Of a stretch of DNA of 64,000 bases, positions 38,656 to 50,104 are shown in pieces. This DNA comes from a bacterium (GTDB lineage: Bacteria > Patescibacteriota > Minisyncoccia > Phycocordibacterales > UBA9973), in assembly GCA_037127795.1 (NCBI GenBank), contig JBAXXQ010000002.1, positions 11 to 64,010 of the forward strand. The letters are read 5' to 3'. The notes under the pieces were generated by a model that was given only the letters and a program-made list of their open reading frames with translations, had not been told where the DNA came from and did no database searches. Both the position numbers and the translations under genes were made by a program. Each line of letters opens with the position of its first letter. The stretch's first letter is position 1.

Positions 38656-41600
38656 ATGAGAGCAAATATTTTTAAAAAATTTGCGTCGTTCATTTTGTAC
38701 ATTTTTGTACTCTCTTTTGTCGTACCAAGTACAACTCTCGCTATCACAGGAGCCCCAAGTATTATCAGCTACCAAGGAAGACTTACAGATAGCTCTGGTA
38801 ACTTGCTCGGTGGCGCAGGCACACTCTATGCATTCAAGTTTTCTATCTGGGACAATTCAGTAGTGGGGGCTGGTACCAAGCTTTGGCCTGCAGCAAATCC
38901 TGGCGTAGATTCTGTGCAGGTCACTGATGGGGTGTTCAATGTCCGCATCGGTGATACTGCGAACGGCTACCCAGATACACTCAACTACAATTTCCAAGAT
39001 AATGCCAATGTCTATTTGCAAATAGAAGTTTCTTCTGATGGTACGACATTCGAGACGCTTGGTCCTCGTCAGCAAATCACTTCAGCAGGCTATGCGATAA
39101 ATGCACAGACACTGCAGGGCCTCACCCCTGGTACTGGCGCAAACAATCTTTTGCAATTGGGAAGTAATGGCGAGATCAATCTCTCAGGAAATGGTATTTC
39201 TACACTCGGCAATGTAGGTCTCGGTACTGTATCGAGCGGTGTATGGCATGGCGATCCTATTGCAGACGGCTATTTTGTAAAAACAGGGAACTGGGAAGGA
39301 AATTTTGGTGGGTACGATAGTAGTTACTATCTCAATGCGACTCATTTATCAAACTTCCAAATCCCATTTGATACTGCATTCGCGACAAAGACTACAGATA
39401 GTCTCGCAGAAGGAAGTTTGAATAAATATTTTACCGATACTCGTGCGCGCAATGCTATATCTGTAGCAGGTGCACCGTTGAGCTACGATACTAGTACTGG
39501 AGTAGTATCTATCGCACAAGCAGATAGTACACATGCAGGATTTGTATCAGCGGCAGATTACAACACCTTCAACAACAAACAAGATGTATTGATCTCTGGC
39601 ACTAATATAAAAACAATAAACTCAAATTCTCTCCTCGGTGCGGGAGATATTTCTGTTGCGACATTGCTTGGCTATACACCATACAACACAACAAACCCAA
39701 GTAATTTTATTTCAAATATTGGCGGCCTCGTAACTCCTGGTACCAATGTCTCAATCACCGGGAGTGGTACTGCGATAGATCCGTTTGTTATCACTAGTAC
39801 CAATCCAGGTGGGACAGTGACTTCTTTTGCTTTTACAAACAGTAACGGCTTCACAGGGAGTGTTTCAAATAGTGGGACTACGCCGACACTAACGCTTGCT
39901 TTGCAATATGCAAACAGTACACAAGACGGTCAGCTTTCTGCTACTGATTACAATACCTTTAATAATAAACAAGATACACTCGGCTACACACCATACAATG
40001 CGACCAACCCCGCAGGATATATCTCAAATCTTAACGCACTTACTACAACAAATTTGAATGAAGGAAGTAATTTGTATTTCACCAATGCCCGCGCAATAAG
40101 CGCACTCACCGGGCAAAATATTTCATTATTAAATAATAACGCTGGCTATATCACCGGTGTCTCATGGGGTGGTATTACAGGACTTCTTGCAAATCAAACA
40201 GACCTCCAAAATGCACTCAATGCAAAACAAAATGTCATCACACTCGGCACTACTGCACAATATCTCCGTGGAGACTTGTCTCTTGGGACATTTCCAACTG
40301 CAGTATCGAGTTTTACCAATGATGCAAACTATATCACCACCGCAGGTGCACGAAGTGCTATATCTGTAGCTAGTACACCACTCACATACAATAGTAGTAC
40401 GGGGGTAGTCGGTATCAATCAGGCAAATAGTACAACCGATGGTTTTGTATCAAGTACTGATTGGAATACATTCAATAATAAATTTAGTCTCCCAGCCCTT
40501 ACAAGTGGCTCTGTTGTTTTTGCAAATGGTTCAACACTTGCACAGGATAACAATAACTACTATTGGGACAGCACTAATGCGCGTTTGGCAATTGGTGGCT
40601 CTTCGTCAGGTGCAAGTTATCCAAGTGTTGCAATGACAGGTGCAAGTACTCCGAGTCCTTATGTGGCTAGTGCCTCAACTTTTAATACAGGGTTTGAAGC
40701 CTATAGAGCTTTTGATAATAATAGTGGTACAAACTGGAATAATACTGCAAGTACTGGTTGGCTTGCTATTGACCTAGGTAGTACGACAACAATAAATAAA
40801 TACCAAATTCAAGCATTAAATAGTGCTGGTACTGTTTCTGCGACCCCAAAAACATGGACTCTCGAAGGTTCTACTACAGGTGCATGGGCTGGGGAACAAG
40901 TGATTATTGATACTCAGGCAAGCCAAACAGGTTGGACTGTAAGCGAAATACGAACTTTCACTCTTTCATCAGCACAATCATATAGATACTATCGTATAAA
41001 TATATCTGCAACTAATGGGTACCCTACAATAGGTATAACCTCATTTGTTTTACAAAATACTTCACCTATTCACGTTTCTCCGCTTGCAAAACTCCATATC
41101 ACCGCTGGATCAAATACGGAAAAAGGTCTCATTGTACAAGGTGCTGCAAGTCAAACTGCAAACCTTCAAGAATGGCAGGATAGTGCAGGGGGTATATTGT
41201 CATATATGACCCCCGCGGGAAATATAGGGTTTGGATATGGTAGTCATACTATATCTATAGATGCTCCATCATCAAACAGTAATGGAAGTAATTTGACGAT
41301 TATTGCGGGGGCTACTACTGGGACTGGATACACAGGAGGAAATTTGTACTTACTTCCTGGGGCAACTGCGGGAGGAGGTTCTGCAGGTAGTGTTTGGATT
41401 GGGGGAAACTCTTCAGGTAATTACCAATCATATAGTAATAATATTCAAGGTTTTACAAGAGTTAGGAATGGGGGGCCTAATACAAATAATTTACTTGCTC
41501 TTGCTGGTGGATCCGGTTTGGATAACTGGGTATTCTCATACGATCAAACAAATAAATATGCAATTACGACATATGCGAGTACGTATCAAGCGCAATTTAA

Positions 41601-44600
41601 AACTGCTACAGCGTATACATTTGATAATAATGTAGGTGTTGGTACTATTTCTCCCTCAGCACGATTGCACTCTCTTGCTACTACCGAGCAGCTTCGCCTT
41701 GGATATGACACAGCAAATTACATGTCTACTACTATTGGTAGCACTGGCAATGCAACTCTCGCACTCACTGGCACCGGCACTCCAGCATTTACATTCTCAA
41801 ACCCTATAAATATCTCTGGTGCACTCACTGCGACAAGTATTACAAACTCATCACTCACTCAAGGCTCAGTACTCTTTGCAGGTGTGGGTGGGTTAGAGTC
41901 ACAAGACAATAACAACTACTATTGGGATAGTACCAATGCACGGTTGGCAATTGGAGGGTATTTAGGCGGGACTGTATATCCGACAACTGCAATGACTGCA
42001 AATAATCTACCATCTCCTTATGTAGCAAGTGCCTCATCTGTATCGGGAGGTTACCCAGAATATCAGGCTTTTGATAAAAACGCTTCAACATTTTGGGCAT
42101 CTCTTGTTAATAATCCAACCGGTTGGATTGCGATTGATTTGGGTAGTACTACAACAATAAATAGATATCAGGTACAAGCTACTTCTGGTGGAGGAAATGT
42201 AAACCCTAAAAACTGGACTCTCGAAGGTTCTACAACTGGCGCATGGGCAGGTGAGCAAGTAGTACTTGATACTCAAACAAACCAAACCGGCTTAATGACA
42301 GGGGGTGCGATTCTCACATACACTCTTTCGTCAAATCAATCATACAGATATTACAGATTAAACGTGAGTGCAAACAATGGCGCTACTAACTACCTTGAGG
42401 TTGCTAGTTTCAATGTACAAAATACAAATACAACTCATGTAGCACCACTTGCAAAACTCCATATCACCTCAGGTTCACAGACTGAAAAAGGTTTGATTGT
42501 TCAAGGATACGCAAGTCAAACTGCAAACCTTCAAGAATGGCAGGATAGTACTGGTGCAGTGAAGGCATATATTGATCCGTTCGGTCAGATTACTTCATCA
42601 AGTAATATTTATGCAACAGGTACTGTTACTGGTGGTAATGGAAGAATTATAATGTCTGGTGGTTTAACTAATGGAGCAAACGGTTCTATCTACACACAAT
42701 CAGGACAATCAAGAAGTTTGGAATTGGTAGTCGATCAAACTGCTGGTCGCGGAATGCTTATTCAGACAGGGACAGGGTATGTAGGAGTAGGTACTACATC
42801 TCCTACGTCTATGCTCGATGTAGCAACAAATGCGCTCGGTACAACACAGACAACAACAAGTGGTCTTGCGCTAGAAAACAACACTGCAGGTGCGCTCAAC
42901 GCAATGCAAATATCTCCAGCTGTACGTATGAGCGGGCAGGGATGGTATGTAAACGGAAGTGTATCACAACAAGTTGATGCTCGTATGTATGTGTTGCCAG
43001 TTCAAGGAACATCAGCAAATGCAACAACGTCAATAGTATTTGATGCACAAGATGGAAGTCGTGGAGGATTTAATAAAATTGCTGATTTTTCTAATCAATA
43101 CGGAGGTACCAGTGGAAATTTAAATTTATATGATAGCGGTGTTATTAAGGCTTCTTTGTTTGCTGGAGGTAATGCAAGATTAAATTTAAATGGAGGTATA
43201 GTAACTAGTCGAGGTAGTAATATTATAATGAGTACATCAGTTCTTAACGATCCTAATACTTATAATATGGGGATGGTGACATCTATATCTAACACTCTTC
43301 CACAATTTTCTGCAAACTATAATGCGACAAACTATTTTACAACAACGGTAGGTAGTACAGGCAACGCAACACTCGCACTTACAGGTACTGGTACACCATC
43401 ATTTACATTTTCAAACCCCGTAAATATTTCTGGTGCACTCACTGCGACAAATATTACCAACTCATCCCTCACCCAAGGCTCAGTAATCTTTGCTGGTGCG
43501 GGTGGAGTAGAGAGTCAGGATAACAATAACTACTATTGGGATAGTGTAAACAATCGTCTTTCTATTGGAGGGTATTTAGGTGGGACTGTATATCCAACTT
43601 CTTCAATGACTACAAACAGCTTGCCATCTCCTTATGTGGCTACGTCTAGCGGCTCTCAAATTGGTGGGTATGAATCATTTAGAGCTTTTGATGGAGTCCT
43701 TTCATCTGCGTGGGCTGTTGGGACTACTTCTGGTTGGCTTGCTCTAGATACAGGTAATGCTCTTGGGACAACAATAAATAAATATCAAGTACAAGCATCA
43801 AATCCGATGGGCATAGGTATTGGTTCTATGCCAAAAAACTGGACTATTGAAGGTTCTACAACTGGTGCATGGGCTGGTGAGCAAGTAACCATTGATACAC
43901 AAACAAATCAAACTGCTTGGTCTTTAGGAGAAATTAGAACATATCCCCTTTCAACACCTCAAACATATAGATATTATCGTATAAACATTAGTGCAAACAA
44001 TGGTAGTAGTTCATATACTGGTATTGGTGCATTTAATCTTCAGAATACTGCAACAACACACGTAGCACCTCTTGCAAAACTTCATATCACTTCAGGTTCA
44101 CAGACAGAAAAAGGATTGATCGTACAAGGATATAATTCTCAAACTGCAAACCTCCAGGAGTGGCAGGATAGTAGTGGAAGTATAAAAGCATATGTTGATA
44201 GTGGTGGTACTTTTAATACCGGTGCTACTATTGTTGCGACAGGTTCTATTACTGGGGGAAATGGAAGAGTTGGTATAGGTGCGGGTCTTACAAGTAGTAC
44301 GAACGGCGCGATATATTCTACTTCTGGAAAAAGTTTGGAATTGGTTACAGATTCAACAGCTGGTCGTGGAATGCTTATTCAAACAGGAACAGGTAATGTC
44401 GGTATTGGCACAACATCACCTTCAGCAAAAACACACATTCTCGGTACTACTGAACAACTCCGCCTCGGATACGATGCTTCAAACTACATGTCTACTACTA
44501 TTGGTAGCACTGGCAATGCAACTCTCGCACTCACTGGCACCGGCACTCCAGCATTTACATTCTCAAACCCTATAAATATCTCTGGTGCACTCACTGCGAC

Positions 44601-47600
44601 AAGTATTACAAACTCATCACTCACTCAAGGCTCAGTACTCTTTGCAGGTGTGGGTGGGTTAGAGTCACAAGACAATAACAACTACTATTGGGATAGTTCA
44701 ACACAACGTCTTGCAATTGGAGGTTCTTCATCGGGGTCAAGTTATCCAAGCGTTGTTATGACCGGGAATAGTAGTCCGTCTCCGTATGTAGCTAGTGCAT
44801 CAGGTACTAATTATGGTGCACCGTGGAACGCTTTTGATAATAATTCTTCAACAACATGGAAATCTAATGTACTTGGATCAGGTTGGCTTGCTATTGATTT
44901 AGGAAGTGTTACAACTATAAATAAATATCAAATTCAGGTAGATCCTGTCTACACTAGTAATCAACCAAAAACATGGACTCTCGAAGGTTCTACTACGGGT
45001 GCATGGGGAGGTGAGCAAGTAACTCTCGACACACAGGCGAGTCAAACAGGGTGGGCTGTGGGTGAAATACGTACATTTACTCTTTCGTCATCTCAATCAT
45101 ATAGATATTTTAGAATAAATGTCACAGCAGTTTCTGGTGTTGATAATGTGGTTATTGCTTCATTTGTTTTACAAAATACTTCTCCGACCCACGTTTCTCC
45201 TCTTGCAAAACTCCATATCACTGCTGGATCAAATATTGAAAAAGGTCTCATCGTACAGGGTGTAGCAAGTCAAACCGCAAACCTCCAAGAGTGGCAAAGT
45301 AGTACCGGAAGTATTTTGTCTACTATAAATAGCAGTGGATATTTGGGTATTGGAACAAGTACTCCTCGATATCAAATTGAATTAAATAGCGGAACTGCTA
45401 ATTCAAGTCTTGTATTGTCGGATTCCGCAGCTTCGTCTACAAGTCGTGGACTTTCTTGGACACGATCAAGTGATGGAACAGTATTTCAATATATTTCTGC
45501 AACAACTGATAGTGGAAATATGCTTTTAGCAGCATATCACAATGTATTGTTTGTCTCAGGATCTGGTAGTGGTGTTGGTATGGGACTTCCGACAACAAAC
45601 AATTTCCTTTCAGGTAAATTGCATATTCGTGGAGAAAGCTCTGATACATCTTCAAACACTTATACAGGTACCAATGCATTGTATGTAGAAAACTCGCTTG
45701 CGCAACAGCTCTTCTCTGTGGCAAACACAGGAAGCGTCGGTATTGGTACAAACACTCCTACATCATTACTCCAAGTAACTCAACGTACAACAGGTGCGGG
45801 TACTGTTACCAACACTGCGGGCGGTACAACTGTTACTGGTACTGGTACACAATTTACAAACACCTTTAAAGTCGGAGACACAATCACTATCGGTGGGCAG
45901 ACTGTTGCTATTTCTGCTATTGCATCAGATACAGGTATGACAACAGCTGCGATCACAAATGCAAATACCAATGCGGCATATACACTCGTCGGTGGAAATA
46001 GATTTGCGGTGAGTGGTAATGGAAATACTATCGTTGGTCCTGCAACATATAGTCCGTCTAATGCACAATTCTTTGTTTCAAACTCAACATATAATAATGG
46101 ATCAGGGGTTATTATTGATACGAGTGGGACATACCCAAATGCAAGTACAAACCCTCTTATTGGATTTGTGGGTGCTGGATTAACACTACCTTCATCGTGG
46201 ATTCAGGCTGTATTGCCGTATGGTGCAATGCAGATGAGAGCGTATAGTGACTTGCAAATTACAACTACAAATGCAACAGGGGGAGGTTTGAGTGTCAACA
46301 GTGGGGCTACATTTAGTGCTTCGTTGGGTAGAATAAATGCAGCGGGTACGCGTACCTCAGTTTCTGGGCAAGCATCTAGTTTCTATAGTAATGTTGCACT
46401 TACCGCAGCAGCAACAAATGATATTTTGGCAAGTTATTATATAAATGATACTTATGTTCCTGGTGCATTTACTGGTGTTACTCAATACGGTATTTATCAA
46501 AACAATACTGCGCAAAACTATTTCCAAGGGAATGTGGGAGTAGGTACTGCGACACCTTCTGCAAAACTACATTCTCTTTCTACTGGTGAACAGCTTCGTC
46601 TTGGATATGACGCGTCAAACTATACCGCATTTACAACATCTTCAACTGGAAACTTAACTATTAATCCAAGTGGTGCTGCGGTCCAAATTGCTGGTAATTC
46701 TGCCCTTATTATAAATCCTGGAAATGGAACACTGGGTGTCGGTGTAAGTGCTCCAACAGCAAAAGTTGATATTGCAGATATTGCACTTGCCGGTAGTGGA
46801 TCACTTGCTGGATCGGTGTTAAATATCGCACAAACTTGGAATACGTCAGGTTCACCTACTGCTATAAAATTGGCGGTTACAAATACTGCAAGTAACGCTA
46901 CCTCAAGTTATCTCCTTGATTTGCAGGCAAACAATAGCGGAGGAGGAATGTATTCTAAGTTTAGTGTGAGATATGATGGGTATGTCGTTGCGGGTTCTTC
47001 AATATCAGCAGGTGGTGCTTTTGTAGGGTTAACAAACGGACAAGATAATCAGCCTATTATTAAAAATAATAATACAGCGTTTGGTTTATGGACAACAAAT
47101 TCACTATCATCAAGTTATGTAGGCTATGGTACTAATATCACACTAGGTATGAATATGAATAGTACTGGAAACTTTGGATTCAGTACTACGGCAACAGCAA
47201 CAGAGAAAGTGACAATTGCAGATACAACTCTTGCTGGTAGTGGGTCACTTACTGGCTCAGTACTTAATCTTACACAAACATGGAATACAACAGGAGCACC
47301 AACTGCTATTAAATTGAATGTGACAAACACTGCAAGTACAGGGACGCCAAAACTTCTTGATTTGCAAGTGGGAGGAGTGTCGAAGTTCTATGTGCCAGCG
47401 AGTGGTAGTGTTCAGGCACCAAACGGCATTGTTGCAAGTAGTGGATTCACTATGAATGGTGGCTTAGGAATTGGTTCTGCATTTGCTGGTAATGGATCAT
47501 GGGGTAATTCTTCTGGCTCAAATGTGATTAATGGTGTTGCAATTTATCCTACAATAAACCTTACTGGTACATATTCAGGAAGTGCATTTGGATTTTCTTT

Positions 47601-48783
47601 TACGCCTACTATTACATCATCAACAGGAAGCTTGTATGCGTTTTATTCTTCAAATGGTATGAACTCGTTTACCGATACTATTTCTGCTAGTTCAGGTTCT
47701 CGTGCTGGTTCACTCCTTTCTCTTAATCAAAAATGGAATACAACAGGAAGTCCGACAGCTATACTCCTTAATGTGACAAATGGGTCTGGTGGTGCTGGAG
47801 TAGCTGGAACTAATGCTAATTTAATGGATTTGCAAATGGGAGGAACGAGCATGTTTGCTGTAGGGGCAAATGGAAATGTGGGTATCAATGGTATTCCGAC
47901 AAATCGTCTCTCTGTTATGGGTGCAAGTGGTGATACTACTGTAGTTAATATCGGTACGACCAGTGGAAACAACTGTAGCTTCTCGACAACGACTGGCTCA
48001 TGGAGTTGTGCGTCTGATATTCGTTTGAAGCATGATATCTCAGATATTTCTGCAGCAGATGCGCTTGCAAAGCTTGGTATGCTCAATCCAGTATTCTTCC
48101 GATATAATTGGCAAGCAGATAGTGAGTCTGCTATTGCTGGATTCATCGCGCAAGATTTTGAAAAAGTATTTCCAGAGCTCGTAAATACAGATCCAAATAC
48201 AGGATACAAGTCGCTCTCATATGCACCACTTATGCCGTACGTAGTAAAAGGACTCAATGATCAAGAAAAGAAAATTTCTGATATGGATATTCGTGTTTCA
48301 AAATTGGAAACAATACTCGCACTCGCAACACCTAGTACAAATTCTTTTGATGGAGTACTTGCAAGTATGAATGCAAATGTGATCGACGGGGTGGCGCATT
48401 TCAAGAGTTTGTTTGTCGATACTATACATGTAGACAAGGGTATCGAAATGAAAGATCAAACAACTGGCGCATTGTACTGTGTAGTAATCAATAATGGTGA
48501 TTGGGTAAAAAATCCTGGTCCTTGTGATACACCAGTAGTGGTGCCGCTTGCGCCAACACCTGCAGTATCTGTACCGACTACTACGACAACCCCAAATACA
48601 ATTCCGGATACACCCGTAGTAAGTCCTACTCCAAGCACAACAGATACTAGTACTCCATCAGTAACAACTACAGTTACGCCAGATCCAGCACCTAGTTCTG
48701 CTCCAGTAGTAGCCCCAACCAATACAACTGATTCTGCTCCAGCACCTACAGTAGCAGCACCTGTAACAACAACCACCCCATAA
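38656..48783 (+). CDS. giant (3375 aa) secreted tail-fibre-like protein with four discoidin/F5-8C-like modules, S74 chaperone and Pro/Thr tail
   Basis: Signal peptide; ISYQGRLTD; GNVGIGT spacers; four WLAIDLG...PKxWTLEGS...YRYYRINI modules; SCASDIRLKHDI...GFIAQDFEKVFPELV. Confidence 0.85.
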   Translation: MRANIFKKFASFILYIFVLSFVVPSTTLAITGAPSIISYQGRLTDSSGNLLGGAGTLYAFKFSIWDNSVVGAGTKLWPAANPGVDSVQVTDGVFNVRIGDTANGYPDTLNYNFQDNANVYLQIEVSSDGTTFETLGPRQQITSAGYAINAQTLQGLTPGTGANNLLQLGSNGEINLSGNGISTLGNVGLGTVSSGVWHGDPIADGYFVKTGNWEGNFGGYDSSYYLNATHLSNFQIPFDTAFATKTTDSLAEGSLNKYFTDTRARNAISVAGAPLSYDTSTGVVSIAQADSTHAGFVSAADYNTFNNKQDVLISGTNIKTINSNSLLGAGDISVATLLGYTPYNTTNPSNFISNIGGLVTPGTNVSITGSGTAIDPFVITSTNPGGTVTSFAFTNSNGFTGSVSNSGTTPTLTLALQYANSTQDGQLSATDYNTFNNKQDTLGYTPYNATNPAGYISNLNALTTTNLNEGSNLYFTNARAISALTGQNISLLNNNAGYITGVSWGGITGLLANQTDLQNALNAKQNVITLGTTAQYLRGDLSLGTFPTAVSSFTNDANYITTAGARSAISVASTPLTYNSSTGVVGINQANSTTDGFVSSTDWNTFNNKFSLPALTSGSVVFANGSTLAQDNNNYYWDSTNARLAIGGSSSGASYPSVAMTGASTPSPYVASASTFNTGFEAYRAFDNNSGTNWNNTASTGWLAIDLGSTTTINKYQIQALNSAGTVSATPKTWTLEGSTTGAWAGEQVIIDTQASQTGWTVSEIRTFTLSSAQSYRYYRINISATNGYPTIGITSFVLQNTSPIHVSPLAKLHITAGSNTEKGLIVQGAASQTANLQEWQDSAGGILSYMTPAGNIGFGYGSHTISIDAPSSNSNGSNLTIIAGATTGTGYTGGNLYLLPGATAGGGSAGSVWIGGNSSGNYQSYSNNIQGFTRVRNGGPNTNNLLALAGGSGLDNWVFSYDQTNKYAITTYASTYQAQFKTATAYTFDNNVGVGTISPSARLHSLATTEQLRLGYDTANYMSTTIGSTGNATLALTGTGTPAFTFSNPINISGALTATSITNSSLTQGSVLFAGVGGLESQDNNNYYWDSTNARLAIGGYLGGTVYPTTAMTANNLPSPYVASASSVSGGYPEYQAFDKNASTFWASLVNNPTGWIAIDLGSTTTINRYQVQATSGGGNVNPKNWTLEGSTTGAWAGEQVVLDTQTNQTGLMTGGAILTYTLSSNQSYRYYRLNVSANNGATNYLEVASFNVQNTNTTHVAPLAKLHITSGSQTEKGLIVQGYASQTANLQEWQDSTGAVKAYIDPFGQITSSSNIYATGTVTGGNGRIIMSGGLTNGANGSIYTQSGQSRSLELVVDQTAGRGMLIQTGTGYVGVGTTSPTSMLDVATNALGTTQTTTSGLALENNTAGALNAMQISPAVRMSGQGWYVNGSVSQQVDARMYVLPVQGTSANATTSIVFDAQDGSRGGFNKIADFSNQYGGTSGNLNLYDSGVIKASLFAGGNARLNLNGGIVTSRGSNIIMSTSVLNDPNTYNMGMVTSISNTLPQFSANYNATNYFTTTVGSTGNATLALTGTGTPSFTFSNPVNISGALTATNITNSSLTQGSVIFAGAGGVESQDNNNYYWDSVNNRLSIGGYLGGTVYPTSSMTTNSLPSPYVATSSGSQIGGYESFRAFDGVLSSAWAVGTTSGWLALDTGNALGTTINKYQVQASNPMGIGIGSMPKNWTIEGSTTGAWAGEQVTIDTQTNQTAWSLGEIRTYPLSTPQTYRYYRINISANNGSSSYTGIGAFNLQNTATTHVAPLAKLHITSGSQTEKGLIVQGYNSQTANLQEWQDSSGSIKAYVDSGGTFNTGATIVATGSITGGNGRVGIGAGLTSSTNGAIYSTSGKSLELVTDSTAGRGMLIQTGTGNVGIGTTSPSAKTHILGTTEQLRLGYDASNYMSTTIGSTGNATLALTGTGTPAFTFSNPINISGALTATSITNSSLTQGSVLFAGVGGLESQDNNNYYWDSSTQRLAIGGSSSGSSYPSVVMTGNSSPSPYVASASGTNYGAPWNAFDNNSSTTWKSNVLGSGWLAIDLGSVTTINKYQIQVDPVYTSNQPKTWTLEGSTTGAWGGEQVTLDTQASQTGWAVGEIRTFTLSSSQSYRYFRINVTAVSGVDNVVIASFVLQNTSPTHVSPLAKLHITAGSNIEKGLIVQGVASQTANLQEWQSSTGSILSTINSSGYLGIGTSTPRYQIELNSGTANSSLVLSDSAASSTSRGLSWTRSSDGTVFQYISATTDSGNMLLAAYHNVLFVSGSGSGVGMGLPTTNNFLSGKLHIRGESSDTSSNTYTGTNALYVENSLAQQLFSVANTGSVGIGTNTPTSLLQVTQRTTGAGTVTNTAGGTTVTGTGTQFTNTFKVGDTITIGGQTVAISAIASDTGMTTAAITNANTNAAYTLVGGNRFAVSGNGNTIVGPATYSPSNAQFFVSNSTYNNGSGVIIDTSGTYPNASTNPLIGFVGAGLTLPSSWIQAVLPYGAMQMRAYSDLQITTTNATGGGLSVNSGATFSASLGRINAAGTRTSVSGQASSFYSNVALTAAATNDILASYYINDTYVPGAFTGVTQYGIYQNNTAQNYFQGNVGVGTATPSAKLHSLSTGEQLRLGYDASNYTAFTTSSTGNLTINPSGAAVQIAGNSALIINPGNGTLGVGVSAPTAKVDIADIALAGSGSLAGSVLNIAQTWNTSGSPTAIKLAVTNTASNATSSYLLDLQANNSGGGMYSKFSVRYDGYVVAGSSISAGGAFVGLTNGQDNQPIIKNNNTAFGLWTTNSLSSSYVGYGTNITLGMNMNSTGNFGFSTTATATEKVTIADTTLAGSGSLTGSVLNLTQTWNTTGAPTAIKLNVTNTASTGTPKLLDLQVGGVSKFYVPASGSVQAPNGIVASSGFTMNGGLGIGSAFAGNGSWGNSSGSNVINGVAIYPTINLTGTYSGSAFGFSFTPTITSSTGSLYAFYSSNGMNSFTDTISASSGSRAGSLLSLNQKWNTTGSPTAILLNVTNGSGGAGVAGTNANLMDLQMGGTSMFAVGANGNVGINGIPTNRLSVMGASGDTTVVNIGTTSGNNCSFSTTTGSWSCASDIRLKHDISDISAADALAKLGMLNPVFFRYNWQADSESAIAGFIAQDFEKVFPELVNTDPNTGYKSLSYAPLMPYVVKGLNDQEKKISDMDIRVSKLETILALATPSTNSFDGVLASMNANVIDGVAHFKSLFVDTIHVDKGIEMKDQTTGALYCVVINNGDWVKNPGPCDTPVVVPLAPTPAVSVPTTTTTPNTIPDTPVVSPTPSTTDTSTPSVTTTVTPDPAPSSAPVVAPTNTTDSAPAPTVAAPVTTTTP
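41719..41931 (+). repeat. 213-bp direct repeat, copy 1
   Basis: Identical by inspection to 44485-44697. Confidence 0.9.
44485..44697 (+). repeat. 213-bp direct repeat, copy 2
   Basis: Identical by inspection to 41719-41931. Confidence 0.9.
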
Positions 48784-48784
48784 T

Positions 48785-50104
48785 ATGAAAAACGTATATA
48801 AAAAAATTCTATATATAGTAGTCTTGGGAATAGGAATTTTTTCTTATTCGCAAGTGTCTGCAACAAGTATCGTGGGATTAGATTTTTCTATTGTGAATCC
48901 GATTCTTTCTAGTGGTTTTGCGCAAATAAAATCTACCAATTTTGGGCTTGGGCAATCGTTTGGGCAAAGTGTAATAGGGAAGTCTATCTCTGCTCGATTC
49001 CAGGTGTGGAGTGGGTTCCAATACTATGCGACAGCAAAATCGTTTGTTGCGACAGCACAACCAGGAGATAGTAAAATAACGTATTCATGGACTGCGCCGC
49101 AGACATATCTGGGTGCGACTGTTGGTTCATATGAACTCGGTATAGGTACTACGCCAGGGACATATGTATTTCAAAATGTAGAAAGTGTTACTACGTTTGT
49201 AAAACCAGGACTTACCAATGGTGTGCAGTATTATGCAATCATAAAAGCAGTTTCTCCTGGTGGGGCTGTACTTTCTTTTTCTAATGTACTAATTACAAAA
49301 CCAGTAGCGGCTACTATAAATCCTGGTACTGGCGGCGGCGGTGGAGGCGGTGGAGGAGGTGGTCCTTCGAATACTGGCTCTGTTGGTAATGCAGCTATTA
49401 TTATAAAAGGTATTGCATACCCTGGTGCGCAAGTGACTATTCTCAAAGATGGTGCAGTACAAGCGGTGACTACTGCAGATATGGGGGCTTTGTTTTCTAT
49501 TACTATAAATAATCTCGTCGCAGCGCAGTATACATTTGGCGTATATGCGACAGATTCAAATGGAAAAAAATCTAGTGCGTATAGCTTCCCGATGACACTT
49601 ACTGACTCAGTGACTGCCGAGATCGACAATGTATTCCTCGCGCCAACTATTGGGGTAGATAGTAGTACGGTGAAAAAGGGTGATCCGATTGGGATTTTTG
49701 GTACTGCTGCGCCGAATGCACAGGTCAATATTTATGTGCACTCGGCGCAGCAATTCACTGAGCAGGTGAGTGCGTCAAAAGTCGGTGCATGGTTCAAGCA
49801 ATTTGATACATCATTCCTCGAGCTTGGAGATCACGTGACATTTTCTCGACAAATAAAAGGCACGCAAGTGACTGATGTCAGTCAGAGTGTCGGCTTCACG
49901 GTGGGTGATAAAACTATAAAAGAAAATACTACGTGTGGGCGCAGTGATATGAACTGCGACAAGAAGGTGAATATTACAGACTTGAGTATGCTCTTGTATT
50001 ACTGGCACAAAACACCTCCTGCAAATTCAAAAGCAGATATAAATAAAGATAAGATTGTTGACTCAAAAGATTTTTCAATATTACTATATGACTGGACAGG
50101 ATAA
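48785..50104 (+). CDS. secreted FnIII/Ig-like protein with poly-Gly linker and C-terminal dockerin-like domain
   Basis: YSWTAP...GLTNGVQYY FnIII; DMNCDKKVNITDL and DINKDKIVDSKDF duplicated Ca-binding loops. Confidence 0.8.
   Translation: MKNVYKKILYIVVLGIGIFSYSQVSATSIVGLDFSIVNPILSSGFAQIKSTNFGLGQSFGQSVIGKSISARFQVWSGFQYYATAKSFVATAQPGDSKITYSWTAPQTYLGATVGSYELGIGTTPGTYVFQNVESVTTFVKPGLTNGVQYYAIIKAVSPGGAVLSFSNVLITKPVAATINPGTGGGGGGGGGGGPSNTGSVGNAAIIIKGIAYPGAQVTILKDGAVQAVTTADMGALFSITINNLVAAQYTFGVYATDSNGKKSSAYSFPMTLTDSVTAEIDNVFLAPTIGVDSSTVKKGDPIGIFGTAAPNAQVNIYVHSAQQFTEQVSASKVGAWFKQFDTSFLELGDHVTFSRQIKGTQVTDVSQSVGFTVGDKTIKENTTCGRSDMNCDKKVNITDLSMLLYYWHKTPPANSKADINKDKIVDSKDFSILLYDWTG

Noticed and set aside
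41719-44697. DGR template/variable repeat pair
   Set aside because: The copies are identical with no adenine-specific differences, both are in frame, and no reverse transcriptase is in the window
38656-48783. Prophage tail gene
   Set aside because: Has a Sec-type signal peptide, and no capsid, terminase, integrase or lysis gene was recognised nearby
49331-49363. Phase-variable simple repeat in the poly-Gly linker
   Set aside because: Mixed GGC/GGT/GGA codons and triplet units would not shift the frame
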